Numbered from the stretch's first letter, positions 1 to 10,287 are shown. The stretch is DNA of 64,000 nt from Candidatus Yanofskybacteria bacterium RIFCSPLOWO2_01_FULL_42_49 (GCA_001795615.1 MGKI01000011.1:44996-108995), one strand, 5' to 3'. Translations and numbers: made by a program. The notes: generated by a model not told the origin, from the letters alone.

Positions 1-3000
1 CTTGACGATGAAGTTGAACGCCCCCGTGCCGATATTGTCTTCCTGTTGAAGCGAAGTCCCGCTCCCCCATTGTCCCGAAGCCGCTTTTGCCATTAACTCT
101 TCAGCCGTCATCGATAGCGACGCATATCTGACATCAAGCTTGAGCTCAGGATTCGCCATCCCGATGCCGGGGTTGCCGCTGCTTGTGCCGACAACAACAT
201 TCACTATTTTGTTGCTACCCTTTCTGCTCATTAGATTTCTTAATTCCACTTCGAATCCGCCGTCTGAAGTTTCATTGAATTCATAATTAAATTCGTTGAG
301 TACCCGTCCGATGACCTGTTTATATTGATATGGCTGAATGTTTTCAGACGGTACAGCTACGGCCAAACCGTCGTTCCTGCCAGACGGCATTACATAATCT
401 CCTTCCTTGAATTCGCCTTTCAATAGTACGGGGACTTGTCCTACATAAGCAACAACAATCCATTCTTTGTCATTGTCCCTCGGTGTATCCATTGAATTGC
501 CGCCGCGTATCCCTGACTTTGAAGAAGTCAACATGTAAAACGTCGCGTCATTTGTATCTTTGGTGACCTTCCCGTTCTTGATGCCAACAACTTCAAACGG
601 CAATATCTCTTCATTAGGGTCCAGCTTCTTCATCCATTCGGCATAGTCAACAGCTGCAGTTTCCCAACCATCATCATTTTGCGCAGATGCGTCTACCCTG
701 AAGAGGATTTGATTATCGCCCCCATCGTACCATATCAAATTTCCTGCAGCTTGTTGGGCTTGTTGCCATTTCAATACTCCATTTATATAAAAACCGATCT
801 GTGATTCATCATTTGCGTTACTCGAGTCAATCCGCAGATTTGCCGTAGTCCCGGAAGCGCTCTTTATATGAAGTTGCGTTCCCGGTGCCGTCGTCCCGAT
901 GCCGACGTTGCCGTCGTCTTGTATTCTTATTTTTTCAGCGCTTGGGTCAGCTCCGGAAGATGTTCCAACCGTAAATGTAAAATCACCATCATTTGTACCG
1001 ATAGCCCAATTACGTGCAGAGGCATGAGGGTTCGTAATCCAAATATCCGCAACACTGCTGATTGAATATCGACTTGTAAATTTGGCTACCGTTCCTGCTG
1101 AATCACCACGATCAACATGAAGCGGTGCCCCTGGCCCCGTCGTCCCGATGCCGACGTTGCCGGATTTTACGAAAAGCGTGTTAGACAATGATGCCGGTCC
1201 CTGGAAAGCAAGGGAACCGACGCCGTAAAGGTCGCCGGACACAAGAAGGTCGTTTGAGGTTGTTATCCAGTTTGATGCGGGGCCGGAGATGGTTGAAGTA
1301 CCGAAACGATTGTAGCTGACTGTTGCATATCCTCCAACCTGCAATGTGTTACCAAATAATCCGTAAGATGCACTGGCCGTGCCTTGGACTTCAAAGACAG
1401 TTGACGGGGCGGCGCCAAGACCAATCTTGAAGCCGGCGCGGTTAATGGTCAGATCGGCATCCAGGGTCATCGAGTTCACAAACTCATCAAAGTCCAGAGA
1501 GTTGGAAGCGACTCCGGCTGTGGCCCAGGTAAGAGCGCCTGAACTATTGGTCTGGAGGAATTGGTTGGCTGAACCGTCAGCCGAAGGCCAAGTGTATCTA
1601 ATACCATTAAGAGAGGTGACGCCTGAGATAGAAGCCACGCCTCCAAATGAGACCGTGCCTCTTACTTCAAGGTCGCCGCTTATCAGCAAATCATTGCTTG
1701 CGGAGATGTAATTTGAGTGACCCGTAGTTGCCGTCCCGAATCTTGAATAGGCGGCTGATGAGAATCCCCCGACTTGGAGTGTATTGCCGGTTAAGAGGTA
1801 GGAGGCGCTTGCCGTGCCTTGAAACTCGGCTCTGTCGTCGATGGTGAGTATGCCATCAGCCGTGATTAAACCGATGCCGGTTAAGGCTCCTGTGTTAGAT
1901 ATATCCCAATCATTGGTATTGATTTCTCCCGTATCTCCATTGTCTCCAAGAACGAATCTGCCCGCGATCTGGAAGTTGCTTGAAATACTGGCTTTGCCGT
2001 CAAAGAAGGCGTTGCCGTCGATTTCAAGGGCTCCGGAGATGAGAAGATCGTCAAATTTATCAACATTCGAAGAATAGCCGGTCGTGTTAATACCCAATCT
2101 TGAATATGAAGTTGTCGCTGTTGAAAAGCCAAGGGCAAAGTTAAAGCCCGATGAAGCAGTAAGGAGTCCGGTCTGCTGATCGACGGTCAGCGTGGTCTGA
2201 CTGTTCGGGTTCCTGATTCTGAATACATCCTGAGCCTGTGAAGAAGAAGCGTTAATCAAAAGAGAGAAGTTGGTCAATGAGTACGGATAAACGGTGCCGG
2301 TCATTTTGATGATATCCGTCTGGGCATCACCTAAACGAGAATTGCCTTCAACATTCAAGTCGCCAGTGATGTCGGTTGTTGACTGGACTGTTGTTCCGGA
2401 AAGAGTCAGGTTGCCGGCCACAAAAACATCCCCTTCGGCATCAACTACAAATTTGGGAGAAGTGTTGTTGACATAGGCGATGACATTGCCGTCGGCCACG
2501 GGAGAGGAGGGATTAACATAAAATGTGGCGTTGTCGGTATTAGTAAAATTGGGCCAAGTTCCGCCATGGGCTTGGGTGGGATTCCTTGTTGCCGTAAGCC
2601 GTCCCGTGAACGAACCGCTTCCGATGACGGTAAGTTCGGCGCTAGTGTTGGATGTGCCGATACCGATGTCACCGAAGACATAGAGATTGCCTGATATACT
2701 GGCTACTCCTCCAAACGAAGCCGTGCCTCGGGTTTCAAGATCGCCACTTATCAATAAATCATTGCTCGCCGAAATGTAATTGGCATGGCCCGTGGTTGAC
2801 GTGCCGAACCTTGAATAGCTGGCTGATGAGAAGCCTCCGACTTGAAGGGTATTGCCGGTTAAGAAGTAGGAGGCGGAAGCCGTGCCTTGGACTTCAAATT
2901 TAGTTTGAGGGGTAGTGGTATTAACGCCAACATTGCCTCCAGAAAGAACAGTGAATTTTGTATTAACATCCAATAAGCCCGCGGGTCCCGTAGTCCCAAT

Positions 3001-5775
3001 CCCCACATTGCCTCCCACCAAAACCAAAGTATTCGCCGAAGTATTAGCATTAACAGAAAGAGCTGTGTTGGCTCCGACTCGAAGGCCTTTTGAAATATCC
3101 ATACTTCCCGAGAATGATGTTGAACCTGTTCCGGAAAATGTGTTGATACCGCTTGTGAAGAAACTGCCTGATATACTGGCTACTCCTCCGAACGAAGCCG
3201 TGCCTCGGGTTTCAAGATCGCCACTTATCAATAAATCATTGCTCGCCGAAATGTAATTGGCATGGCCCGTGGTTGACGTGCCGAACCTTGAATAGCTGGC
3301 TGATGAGAAGCCTCCGACTTGAAGGGTATTGCCGGTTAAGAAGTAGGAGGCGGAAGCCGTGCCTTGGACTTCAAATTTAGTTTGAGGGGTAGTGGTATTA
3401 ACGCCAACATTGCCTCCAGAAAGAACAGTGAATTTTGTATTAACATCCAATAAGCCCGCGGGTCCCGTAGTCCCAATCCCCACATTGCCTCCCACCAAAA
3501 CCAAAGTATTCGCCGAAGTATTAGCATTAACAGAAAGAGCTGTGTTGGCTCCGACTCGAAGGCCTTTTGAAATATCCATACTTCCCGAGAATGATGTTGA
3601 ACCTGTTCCGGAAAATGTGTTGATACCGCTTGTGAAGAAACTGCCTGATATACTGGCTACTCCTCCGAACGAAGCCGTGCCTCGGGTTTCAAGATCGCCA
3701 CTTATCAATAAATCATTGCTCGCCGAAATGTAATTGGCATGGCCCGTGGTTGACGTGCCGAACCTTGAATAGCTGGCTGATGAGAAGCCTCCGACTTGAA
3801 GGGTATTGCCGGTTAAGAAGTAGGAGGCCGATGCTGTTCCTTGAACTTCAAATTTAGTTTGAGGGGTAGTGGTATTAACGCCAACATTGCCGCCAGAAAG
3901 AACAGTGAATTTTGTATTAACATCCAATAAGCCCGCGGGTCCCGTAGTCCCAATCCCCACATTGCCTCCCACCAAAACCAAAGTATTCGCCGAAGTATTA
4001 GCATTAACAGAAAGAGCTGTGTTGGCTCCGACTCGAAGGCCTTTTGAAATATCCATACTTCCCGAGAATGATGTTGAACCTGTTCCGGAAAATGTGTTGA
4101 TACCGCTTGTGAAGAAACTGCCTGATATACTGGCTACTCCTCCGAACGAAGCCGTGCCTCGGGTTTCAAGATCGCCACTTATCAATAAATCATTGCTCGC
4201 CGAAATGTAATTGGCATGGCCCGTGGTTGACGTGCCGAACCTTGAATAGCTGGCTGATGAGAAGCCTCCGACTTGAAGGGTATTGCCGGTTAAGAAGTAG
4301 GAGGCGGAAGCCGTGCCTTGGGTCTCGCTTCTCCCGTTTATGGTGAGCAGCGATGTAGGAGTTGTCGTTCCAATGCCGACGAGACCAGAGTTATCAATCC
4401 TCAATCTTTCCGTTCCTCCGGTTGAGAAAGCAAGGAGATCAGAGCCAGGACTGAAGAAACCGGTATTCTGGTCGATACCGAATGAGAATGACGGGGAAGC
4501 GGCGGTGTCTCTCTGAGCATAGAAGTATGAAGCTGAGGCGATGCCAGAAACATTGAGGTCTACTCCGCTTGAACCGCCGCCGATGGAAAGATTGCCACCG
4601 ATGGTTAGATTGCTTGATATGCTGGCTGTACCGACTAATTCAAAGGTTGTTTCAGGAGATATCGTGCCGATACCTACCCTGTTATTAGTCGCATCGACAT
4701 AGAATGTGTTCGTATCCACGGTCAGATCGCTCACGACAGAAAGAGTGCTGTTTAGAGCTGCGCCTCCTTCAAGTGTAGTACCTCCGGATATTTTAAGGGT
4801 TTTGGCATCTATTGTGTCGGGGTTTAAAGTAATCGGACCTATCCCACCGGTATTGGTGGGAGGAAGTTGATAGACAGTTGGTGTAAATCTTTGAAGAGAG
4901 TTGAAGTCACCGGCAAGACTTAAAAGATTTATCCTGTTTGCTTCGATAAGGGAAACGGCCTTGTCGAGACGTTGTTCAAGTTGAGCTAAGACCGCACCGG
5001 AAGGACCGACGGTAACTTCACGGACAACTGTTGTTTTCTTTGTTTGGCCATTGGTTATTGAATTTTGATTGATTACTGGAAATTGGTTATTGGTTATTTG
5101 ATGTTCAAGAGCAGTAATTCTTGATTCCTGTTCTTTTATTTTCTCCTCTCGCAACTTGAACGGATCCACGAGAATATATGTTTGAGTGCTATAGTCGTCG
5201 GTAAATAATCTGACAATGTTTCTGAATGAATCAACTATGCCGGCATATTTCTGTTCTCCCACCGCCACTTTTGCCATTTGAGGAGCAACATCATTTATGA
5301 AAGGACGGAGATATACCGACAAAAACAAAATGCCACCCACAAGTAAAAGAAACATCCTTGGGATGGCATTGGTCCTTACTAACTCTCCTCGCGATAGTGA
5401 ACCTATCTTAGAGGATGGTTTTGCACTGTAGGAACTTTTGTTTAAAAGAGCAGAAGAAAGAACATCAGAGTTTGTTAAATGGGATGTTTGAAATTCGTAT
5501 AAAGATTCTTTCAGAGGCCTGCCCTGAACAGAGTTGAAGGGCTTATGAACTAACTTAACGGCTAACGACTGGCGATAAGCGAGCAATGATTTTTCTTCAG
5601 CATACCATCTGCCGTGCTTTCCATATCGAATGGCCTGAATTCGGCCGGTTCTTGCAAGCCATCCGATGTGATCTTTAGCATATCCGTATTTCTCGGCTAA
5701 ATCATTTATGGGGAAATACCCCCTGGTTACAGGATCATCGTTTGAAATAAATTGTTTATTAAGAATTTCTCGCAT
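1..5775 (-). CDS. Giant cell-surface protein, 5' partial (C-terminus runs past the window start). N-terminal excisionase-like HTH segment (…IQAIRYGKHGRWYAEE…), then one TM helix, then long Gly/Thr/Ser/Asn-rich repeats with recurring N(V/I)GIGTT(T/G)P…L(D/T)V motifs (tail-fibre/adhesin-like).
   Basis: Hand translation of the minus strand in the frame with p mod 3 = 0 from ATG(5775) runs without stops through at least 4280 (…ETQGTASASYFLTGNTLQVGGFSSASYSRFGTSTTGHANYISASNDLLISGDLETRGTASFGG…). The ORF track lists no stop-bounded minus ORF here, consistent with the frame running off the edge. All + strand ORFs in 1379..4516 are antisense artefacts. Confidence 0.75.
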   Translation of the reverse strand, partial: MREILNKQFISNDDPVTRGYFPINDLAEKYGYAKDHIGWLARTGRIQAIRYGKHGRWYAEEKSLLAYRQSLAVKLVHKPFNSVQGRPLKESLYEFQTSHLTNSDVLSSALLNKSSYSAKPSSKIGSLSRGELVRTNAIPRMFLLLVGGILFLSVYLRPFINDVAPQMAKVAVGEQKYAGIVDSFRNIVRLFTDDYSTQTYILVDPFKLREEKIKEQESRITALEHQITNNQFPVINQNSITNGQTKKTTVVREVTVGPSGAVLAQLEQRLDKAVSLIEANRINLLSLAGDFNSLQRFTPTVYQLPPTNTGGIGPITLNPDTIDAKTLKISGGTTLEGGAALNSTLSVVSDLTVDTNTFYVDATNNRVGIGTISPETTFELVGTASISSNLTIGGNLSIGGGSSGVDLNVSGIASASYFYAQRDTAASPSFSFGIDQNTGFFSPGSDLLAFSTGGTERLRIDNSGLVGIGTTTPTSLLTINGRSETQGTASASYFLTGNTLQVGGFSSASYSRFGTSTTGHANYISASNDLLISGDLETRGTASFGGVASISGSFFTSGINTFSGTGSTSFSGSMDISKGLRVGANTALSVNANTSANTLVLVGGNVGIGTTGPAGLLDVNTKFTVLSGGNVGVNTTTPQTKFEVQGTASASYFLTGNTLQVGGFSSASYSRFGTSTTGHANYISASNDLLISGDLETRGTASFGGVASISGSFFTSGINTFSGTGSTSFSGSMDISKGLRVGANTALSVNANTSANTLVLVGGNVGIGTTGPAGLLDVNTKFTVLSGGNVGVNTTTPQTKFEVQGTASASYFLTGNTLQVGGFSSASYSRFGTSTTGHANYISASNDLLISGDLETRGTASFGGVASISGSFFTSGINTFSGTGSTSFSGSMDISKGLRVGANTALSVNANTSANTLVLVGGNVGIGTTGPAGLLDVNTKFTVLSGGNVGVNTTTPQTKFEVQGTASASYFLTGNTLQVGGFSSASYSRFGTSTTGHANYISASNDLLISGDLETRGTASFGGVASISGNLYVFGDIGIGTSNTSAELTVIGSGSFTGRLTATRNPTQAHGGTWPNFTNTDNATFYVNPSSPVADGNVIAYVNNTSPKFVVDAEGDVFVAGNLTLSGTTVQSTTDITGDLNVEGNSRLGDAQTDIIKMTGTVYPYSLTNFSLLINASSSQAQDVFRIRNPNSQTTLTVDQQTGLLTASSGFNFALGFSTATTSYSRLGINTTGYSSNVDKFDDLLISGALEIDGNAFFDGKASISSNFQIAGRFVLGDNGDTGEINTNDWDISNTGALTGIGLITADGILTIDDRAEFQGTASASYLLTGNTLQVGGFSSAAYSRFGTATTGHSNYISASNDLLISGDLEVRGTVSFGGVASISGVTSLNGIRYTWPSADGSANQFLQTNSSGALTWATAGVASNSLDFDEFVNSMTLDADLTINRAGFKIGLGAAPSTVFEVQGTASASYGLFGNTLQVGGYATVSYNRFGTSTISGPASNWITTSNDLLVSGDLYGVGSLAFQGPASLSNTLFVKSGNVGIGTTGPGAPLHVDRGDSAGTVAKFTSRYSISSVADIWITNPHASARNWAIGTNDGDFTFTVGTSSGADPSAEKIRIQDDGNVGIGTTAPGTQLHIKSASGTTANLRIDSSNANDESQIGFYINGVLKWQQAQQAAGNLIWYDGGDNQILFRVDASAQNDDGWETAAVDYAEWMKKLDPNEEILPFEVVGIKNGKVTKDTNDATFYMLTSSKSGIRGGNSMDTPRDNDKEWIVVAYVGQVPVLLKGEFKEGDYVMPSGRNDGLAVAVPSENIQPYQYKQVIGRVLNEFNYEFNETSDGGFEVELRNLMSRKGSNKIVNVVVGTSSGNPGIGMANPELKLDVRYASLSMTAEELMAKAASGQWGSGTSLQQEDNIGTGAFNFIVK
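2693..4330. repeat. Perfect 477-bp (159-codon) tandem repeat, about 3.4 copies, inside the giant surface-protein gene. A diverged extra copy lies near 1560..1800.
   Basis: Identical 113-aa antisense ORFs at 2915, 3392 and 3869, and identical minus ORFs at 2859 and 3336, give a 477-nt period. Unit ends visible at atatactggctactcctccgaacgaagccgtgcctcgggtttcaag (3172, 3649, 4126). Confidence 0.9.
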
Positions 5776-5984
5776 CACACAGAGTTAACAAAAACTCCAT
5801 GCAGCGCAAAACAACAAGTTGTTAAGGACCAATGAACGAGAGGAATCCCTCTCTAAAATTGGTGTTTTTATCTTCTCGAGAATCACGATAATCACGAGAC
5901 GAGATTCGCGAGAAAACAAATGCTACAGCCAATATATATATTATAACGCGCCTCGACATAGGGGCGCAAGCTCTAAATTTTAAA

Positions 5985-6095
5985 CCCTAAATCCTAAACA
6001 AATTCAAAGTTCAAAACCCAAAATTTAAAACAGTTTTTGGCTTAAATATTAGAATTTAGATATTGTTTAGAAATTAGAAATTAGAGATTAGAAAT
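5985..6095. repeat. Composite intergenic element, copy 3 (AT-rich module only, lacking the GC hairpin block), upstream of the giant surface-protein gene.
   Basis: ctaaatcctaaaca…gatattgtttagaaattagaaattagagattagaaatt shares both flanking modules with copies 1 and 2, but the 68-nt hairpin block is absent. Confidence 0.6.
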
Positions 6096-6096
6096 T

Positions 6097-6133
6097 CTAT
6101 ATATCTTTATTAAATCTTAATAAAGATATATAG
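6097..6133. terminator. Perfect inverted repeat ctatatatctttattaa-atc-ttaataaagatatatag immediately after the stop of the minus-strand GT gene.
   Basis: 17-bp stem with 3-nt loop, 2 nt from the stop at 6136. AT-rich, so the stem is weak; it could also be a protein-binding palindrome in the promoter region of the giant gene. Confidence 0.45.
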
Positions 6134-6135
6134 GT

Positions 6136-7299
6136 TTAGGCCTTAATTATGGCCTCGAGAGTCTTGCTAGCGGCATCTTTCCAGTTAAACTTAGATGCTT
6201 GCTTTGTTCCCTTTTTGACCATAAAATGGGAGAGTTTTTTATCTCCCAAAATTTTGGTTATCCACAACTCCAACTCGACAACATCGTAAGGATCTATTAA
6301 TACCGCCGCATCTCCGACTACCTCCGGAAGCGAAGAATTTCTTGAAGTGATGACGGGAACACCAAAAGACATTGCTTCAAGCGGAGGAAAACCAAAGCCC
6401 TCAAAAAAAGATGGATAGATAAAAACATCCGCCGCGGAGTAATATAAAAATTTTTCCTCCTTGCTTAAATGTCCAGTAAAAATTATGTGGTGCCGATAAT
6501 TTGATCCGTCTGCTTCTTTAAAAATTTCTTCGCAAAGCCACCCCTTCGCTCCTGCAATGACCAAGCCGACATCTTTATATTTAGGGTCTGTTTTCAGGTT
6601 GTTAAATGCCTTGATGATGCCTACGATATTTTTTCGCGGTTCAAGTTTGCCGAGAAAAAGAATAAATCTGTCAGGAAGATTTTTTTCACGCTTAAAATTA
6701 ATGATATTAACGACATCGGATGAATTAGCAACATCGAATGTCCGCGGGACATTCGATGTTGTAATACCGGAACAAATAACTTCAATGCGGGCGGGATCAA
6801 TTTTATAAAAATTAACTAAGTCTTTTTTAGTTGACTCTGAAACGGAGATTATTTTGTCGGAAAATTTTGCTTGCCACTCCGGTCTCATTTGTAAATTGTG
6901 CCAAACTCTTTTTACCGGAGTTAAAAATTCCGGATAATGCAGATAGGATAAATCGTGAAAGATGGTTACTCTCTTGCATTCCGGCGACAGAGAAGAAATA
7001 AAAAAGTGAGGAAAGAAAAAAACATCCGCCCCCCCGACCATTTTGTCCAGGCATGGCCTATTAAAAAATCGGGACGAAGTGAACAAAATATTATTTGGAT
7101 AGTTGAATTTATATAACTCAACGTTCTTCTCTTTCAGCCAAGAATAATCGGGGAGCTTATTTTTTGAAGAAGAATAAAAAAGTTTAAATTTAATATCACC
7201 ACCTTCTTTGATCAGGAGGGGTATTAAATTTTCAGCATATTCTTCAATGCCGCTTTTTATGGAATTACCGAGAACACGAATGTCAATACCGATAACCAT
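6136..7299 (-). CDS. Glycosyltransferase family 1 (GT4-type).
   Basis: C-terminal E-X7-E region [40 protein letters not shown]. 387 aa. Confidence 0.8.
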   Translation of the reverse strand: MVIGIDIRVLGNSIKSGIEEYAENLIPLLIKEGGDIKFKLFYSSSKNKLPDYSWLKEKNVELYKFNYPNNILFTSSRFFNRPCLDKMVGGADVFFFPHFFISSLSPECKRVTIFHDLSYLHYPEFLTPVKRVWHNLQMRPEWQAKFSDKIISVSESTKKDLVNFYKIDPARIEVICSGITTSNVPRTFDVANSSDVVNIINFKREKNLPDRFILFLGKLEPRKNIVGIIKAFNNLKTDPKYKDVGLVIAGAKGWLCEEIFKEADGSNYRHHIIFTGHLSKEEKFLYYSAADVFIYPSFFEGFGFPPLEAMSFGVPVITSRNSSLPEVVGDAAVLIDPYDVVELELWITKILGDKKLSHFMVKKGTKQASKFNWKDAASKTLEAIIKA

Positions 7300-7344
7300 A
7301 AGCGTAAAACTTAAAGCGCAAAACGAAAAATAACAGCTTAAAAC

Positions 7345-7725
7345 CTAAAATTTTCTTTTCCCTTTAAGAGTTAGGATGCTAGAACCAAGAATATTGGACA
7401 GCTCTTTAGTCTCTTGCAACAACTGGTTTGCCTTATTTCCATCAGCCTTATGAGAATCTCTTAAAAGACCAAGCCAAAACTTACTTTCATTTGCTGACTT
7501 TAGCGCGTAGCTAAAAAAGTTTGTAAAATCTTTTTTAGTGCTTCCAGCTTGAGCTTCAATTATATTGGCTCCTATACTTGTAGCGCTTCTTAGTAGTTGT
7601 TTAGAGATAATCTCAATACTAAAATCTTTTCTATCCAAAGAATCGATAAAATTTATAATATCTAGGGCATAAATATATGCTCTTCTCTTTAACTCTATTT
7701 TTTCTTTTGAGTTGTTGTTTTGCAC
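7345..7725 (-). CDS. Four-helix-bundle protein (the family often encoded in 23S rRNA intervening sequences). GTG start.
   Basis: ATSIGANIIEAQ… motif (the SIGANIAEG signature of that family). 126 aa. The ORF-track M at 7725 corresponds to GTG. Confidence 0.7.
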   Translation of the reverse strand: MQNNNSKEKIELKRRAYIYALDIINFIDSLDRKDFSIEIISKQLLRSATSIGANIIEAQAGSTKKDFTNFFSYALKSANESKFWLGLLRDSHKADGNKANQLLQETKELSNILGSSILTLKGKRKF

Positions 7726-7740
7726 TTTTCGCTTTGCACT

Positions 7741-8856
7741 TTACGCTTTATCATTTAATTTTTCAAGTACCTTCTGCCTAAATACTTCAACATCAAACTT
7801 AAGTGCCTGGTCTCGACAGTTCTGGGGGTTGAATTTGTTTGTATCAAAATTCTTTACGACATAGGCAAGAGAATCAACCGTCTGCTCATCAAAAAATAAA
7901 CCGGTTTTATTTTCCACTATGGTTTCAACCGCTCCCCCGCTTCGGAAAGCAATCACTGGCCGGCCAGAAGCCATGCCTTCAAGGGGAACTATGCCGAAAT
8001 CTTCTTCTTGGGGAAATATTAAAGCCTGCGCTTTTGCGTAAAGACTGGATAGCCGGTCGTCAGAAACTTGTCCTAAAAATTCTATATTTTTTGCTTTACA
8101 CTTTTCGCTTTGCGATTTTAATTTTCGAAGTTCTGGACCGACGCCCACGATTTTCAGAGGCAAACCGAGTTTAGAAAAAGCCTTAATCCCAAGGTCAAAT
8201 CGTTTATAAGCGACCAAGCGGCCAACCATAAGAAAATAATTTCCAATTTCCAACCCCCTGGTTAGTGAATAATTTCCAAACTTGAATTTTGAAACATCAA
8301 CCGATGGATAAATAACTTGTGATTCTCGTCCGTAATATTTTTTGATTCTTTCTTTAATAAAATCCGATATCGCCCAGAATTCATCTACCCGATACGAGGC
8401 CTCTTTATCCCACATCCTCAGATAAGATATAAACGGCGGCAGAATGGCTTTAATAACTCGCGGATACCCGAACTCCTCGACAAATTTGTGGCTGTCGTCC
8501 CACAAAAACCTCGGTGGCGTCAGGCAAAAGCAAATATGCTTAGTGGAGGGTTTTGTGATAATACCCTTCGCAAAAGAAGCGGAGAGAGAAATCACCACAT
8601 CAAATTGAGAGAAATCAAACTGCTCTATGGCAAGAGGCATCAATAAAGGAAATCCCCGGTGATATTTTTTAACAAATGGGATTTTTTGCAAAAAAGAGGT
8701 CCTGATGTCCTTCCCCTCAAAAATACCGCCCGTAGTATTCTTGTCATAAAAGAGAGTATAAATGGGGGCATCGGGAAATATGGTACATAAAACCTGAAGC
8801 ATTCTCTCCGCTCCACCGAACTGATTGAGATATTCATGAACAAACGCGATACGCAT
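7741..8856 (-). CDS. Glycosyltransferase family 1 (GT4-type).
   Basis: EDFGIVPLEGMASGRPVIAFRSGGAVETIVENKTGLFF (E-X7-E GT4 motif). 371 aa. Confidence 0.8.
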   Translation of the reverse strand: MRIAFVHEYLNQFGGAERMLQVLCTIFPDAPIYTLFYDKNTTGGIFEGKDIRTSFLQKIPFVKKYHRGFPLLMPLAIEQFDFSQFDVVISLSASFAKGIITKPSTKHICFCLTPPRFLWDDSHKFVEEFGYPRVIKAILPPFISYLRMWDKEASYRVDEFWAISDFIKERIKKYYGRESQVIYPSVDVSKFKFGNYSLTRGLEIGNYFLMVGRLVAYKRFDLGIKAFSKLGLPLKIVGVGPELRKLKSQSEKCKAKNIEFLGQVSDDRLSSLYAKAQALIFPQEEDFGIVPLEGMASGRPVIAFRSGGAVETIVENKTGLFFDEQTVDSLAYVVKNFDTNKFNPQNCRDQALKFDVEVFRQKVLEKLNDKA

Positions 8857-8905
8857 AATGTAGTACGAATACTGCGAATAATTCGTGATATTCGTATTGT
8901 GTTAT
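8857..8905. repeat. ACGAAT-rich leader element, copy A (short form), ending 11 nt upstream of the GT (7741..8856) start codon.
   Basis: aatgtagtacgaatactgcgaataattcgtgatattcgtattgtgttat shares the core with copies B–D. Confidence 0.7.
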
Positions 8906-10287
8906 ACCGCTGAGCGGTCGGTAAATATTTTGAGTACTGTTTTGAGAATAATCTTAATGTCCATCCACAGCGACCAATTCTCAACATAAAATGTATCCAG
9001 TGCCACTTCCTGTTCAAACGGCAGGTCGGAACTGCCGGATACTTGCGCAAGTCCAGTGGCTCCTGCTTTTATCGCCAAGACTTTTTTGTGATGTTTCTGA
9101 TAAAGAGAAATCTCATCCGGCTGATGAGGACGGGGGCCGACCAAACTAATGTCCCCCGTCAGAACATTCCAAAACTGAGGTAATTCGTCAATCCTAAGTT
9201 TTCTTATCAACCTGCCGACTCTGGTTACTCTCGGATCATCTTTTATTTTAAAAAGCGGGCCGTCTTTTCTCTCGTTAAATACCGCAAGCGAAGCTTTGAG
9301 CTCTTCGGCGTTTTTAAGCATAGACCGGAATTTAATCAGTCCGAACTCTTTATTTTTGCTGATTCTTTTCAATCGCACGAACACCGGACCGCTGGAGTCG
9401 AGTTTTACTGTTATGCCCACTGCAACATAGAGCGGAGACAACAGGATAAGGCCTAAGATAGACGCAAGTATATCCATGGCTCTTTTTATAACTTTTCCCC
9501 ATCCGTCCAAACGCGTTCTTTTGAGTTCTATGAGCGGAAGCCCGCCGACAACATCAATGTCAAAATTCGTGGTCAAGGTTTTATACATATTCGGGATATA
9601 TTTAAAAACAATATGATTCTCATGACAAAAGTCTACCAACTCCTGAACATTTCCTTCCGGATAATCCGGATTAGTAAGTAGCACTTCATCTACTGTGTCG
9701 GTGGTCAAAAATATTTTAAGCGCCTGAATATCCGGTTCTGCCAGTTGATGAACAACCCGATAGCCAAGTAAGGGATTCAAATAAATTTCTTCTTTTACTT
9801 GCCTGGCCGCAGCATCATTGCCAATAACAAGAACCTGGTGAATCCCAAAGTTAAATTTTGAAACAGCATAAGTCTGAAAAATTTTAATAAGCATCCTCCC
9901 GACAAAAACGAATATAATTGCCAATAACCAGCCGCCTAGAACGAGGAATCGGGAATTAAAAAGTTCCTGCCTCAAGAAAATATACACAATAATAATCATT
10001 ATGCCCGCCGACGAAGCAATAATTATTTTAGAAAATTCTTCCATCAAGCCCAGACGGTTCTTAAGCGAGTAGAGTCCTGATATAGCATAAGCGCCGATAA
10101 AAATTAAAGAAACAAAAACTACCAAATAAAAATATTTGAGAAGGGGCAGGTTGAATTCAAAAAGCACCGGCCTGAAAGCGGAGATTATCTCAGTCCTTAA
10201 AAAATAAGCGGTAATGCCGGCACTCAACAGCATCACAAAATCAACCGGCAGTCGCAAGACGTTAAAGAAAAGTTCAGATTTCTTCAT
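8902..10287 (-). CDS. Polyprenyl-phosphate sugar phosphotransferase (WbaP/bacterial sugar transferase family), initiating enzyme for a glycan.
   Basis: N-terminal TM helices plus C-terminal LFKIKDDPRVTRVGRLIRKLRIDELPQFWNVLTGDISLVGPRP signature. Confidence 0.8.
   Translation of the reverse strand: MKKSELFFNVLRLPVDFVMLLSAGITAYFLRTEIISAFRPVLFEFNLPLLKYFYLVVFVSLIFIGAYAISGLYSLKNRLGLMEEFSKIIIASSAGIMIIIVYIFLRQELFNSRFLVLGGWLLAIIFVFVGRMLIKIFQTYAVSKFNFGIHQVLVIGNDAAARQVKEEIYLNPLLGYRVVHQLAEPDIQALKIFLTTDTVDEVLLTNPDYPEGNVQELVDFCHENHIVFKYIPNMYKTLTTNFDIDVVGGLPLIELKRTRLDGWGKVIKRAMDILASILGLILLSPLYVAVGITVKLDSSGPVFVRLKRISKNKEFGLIKFRSMLKNAEELKASLAVFNERKDGPLFKIKDDPRVTRVGRLIRKLRIDELPQFWNVLTGDISLVGPRPHQPDEISLYQKHHKKVLAIKAGATGLAQVSGSSDLPFEQEVALDTFYVENWSLWMDIKIILKTVLKIFTDRSAV

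Noticed and set aside
2693-4330. Possible CRISPR array suggested by regularly spaced identical sequence
   Set aside because: The period is 477 bp, the units are fully identical with no unique spacers, and the whole region is one open reading frame. It is a coding tandem repeat.
1379-4516. Repeated 113-aa + strand ORFs (1379, 2915, 3392, 3869), repeated 63-aa minus ORFs, and other short ORFs in 868..4516
   Set aside because: These are antisense or out-of-frame shadows of the giant minus-strand repeat gene. Their identity simply reflects the 477-bp DNA tandem repeat, and their products are low-complexity.
8640-9050. 136-aa ORF and several other short internal or antisense ORFs (for example 7839..8174, 11181..11420, 13180..13590, 14406..14741, 19854..20567, 35527..35871, 38543..38842)
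   Set aside because: Each is fully embedded in or antisense to a well-supported longer gene (GT, sugar transferase, PGK, TIM, topA, miaA, ThyX-like) and has no features of its own.
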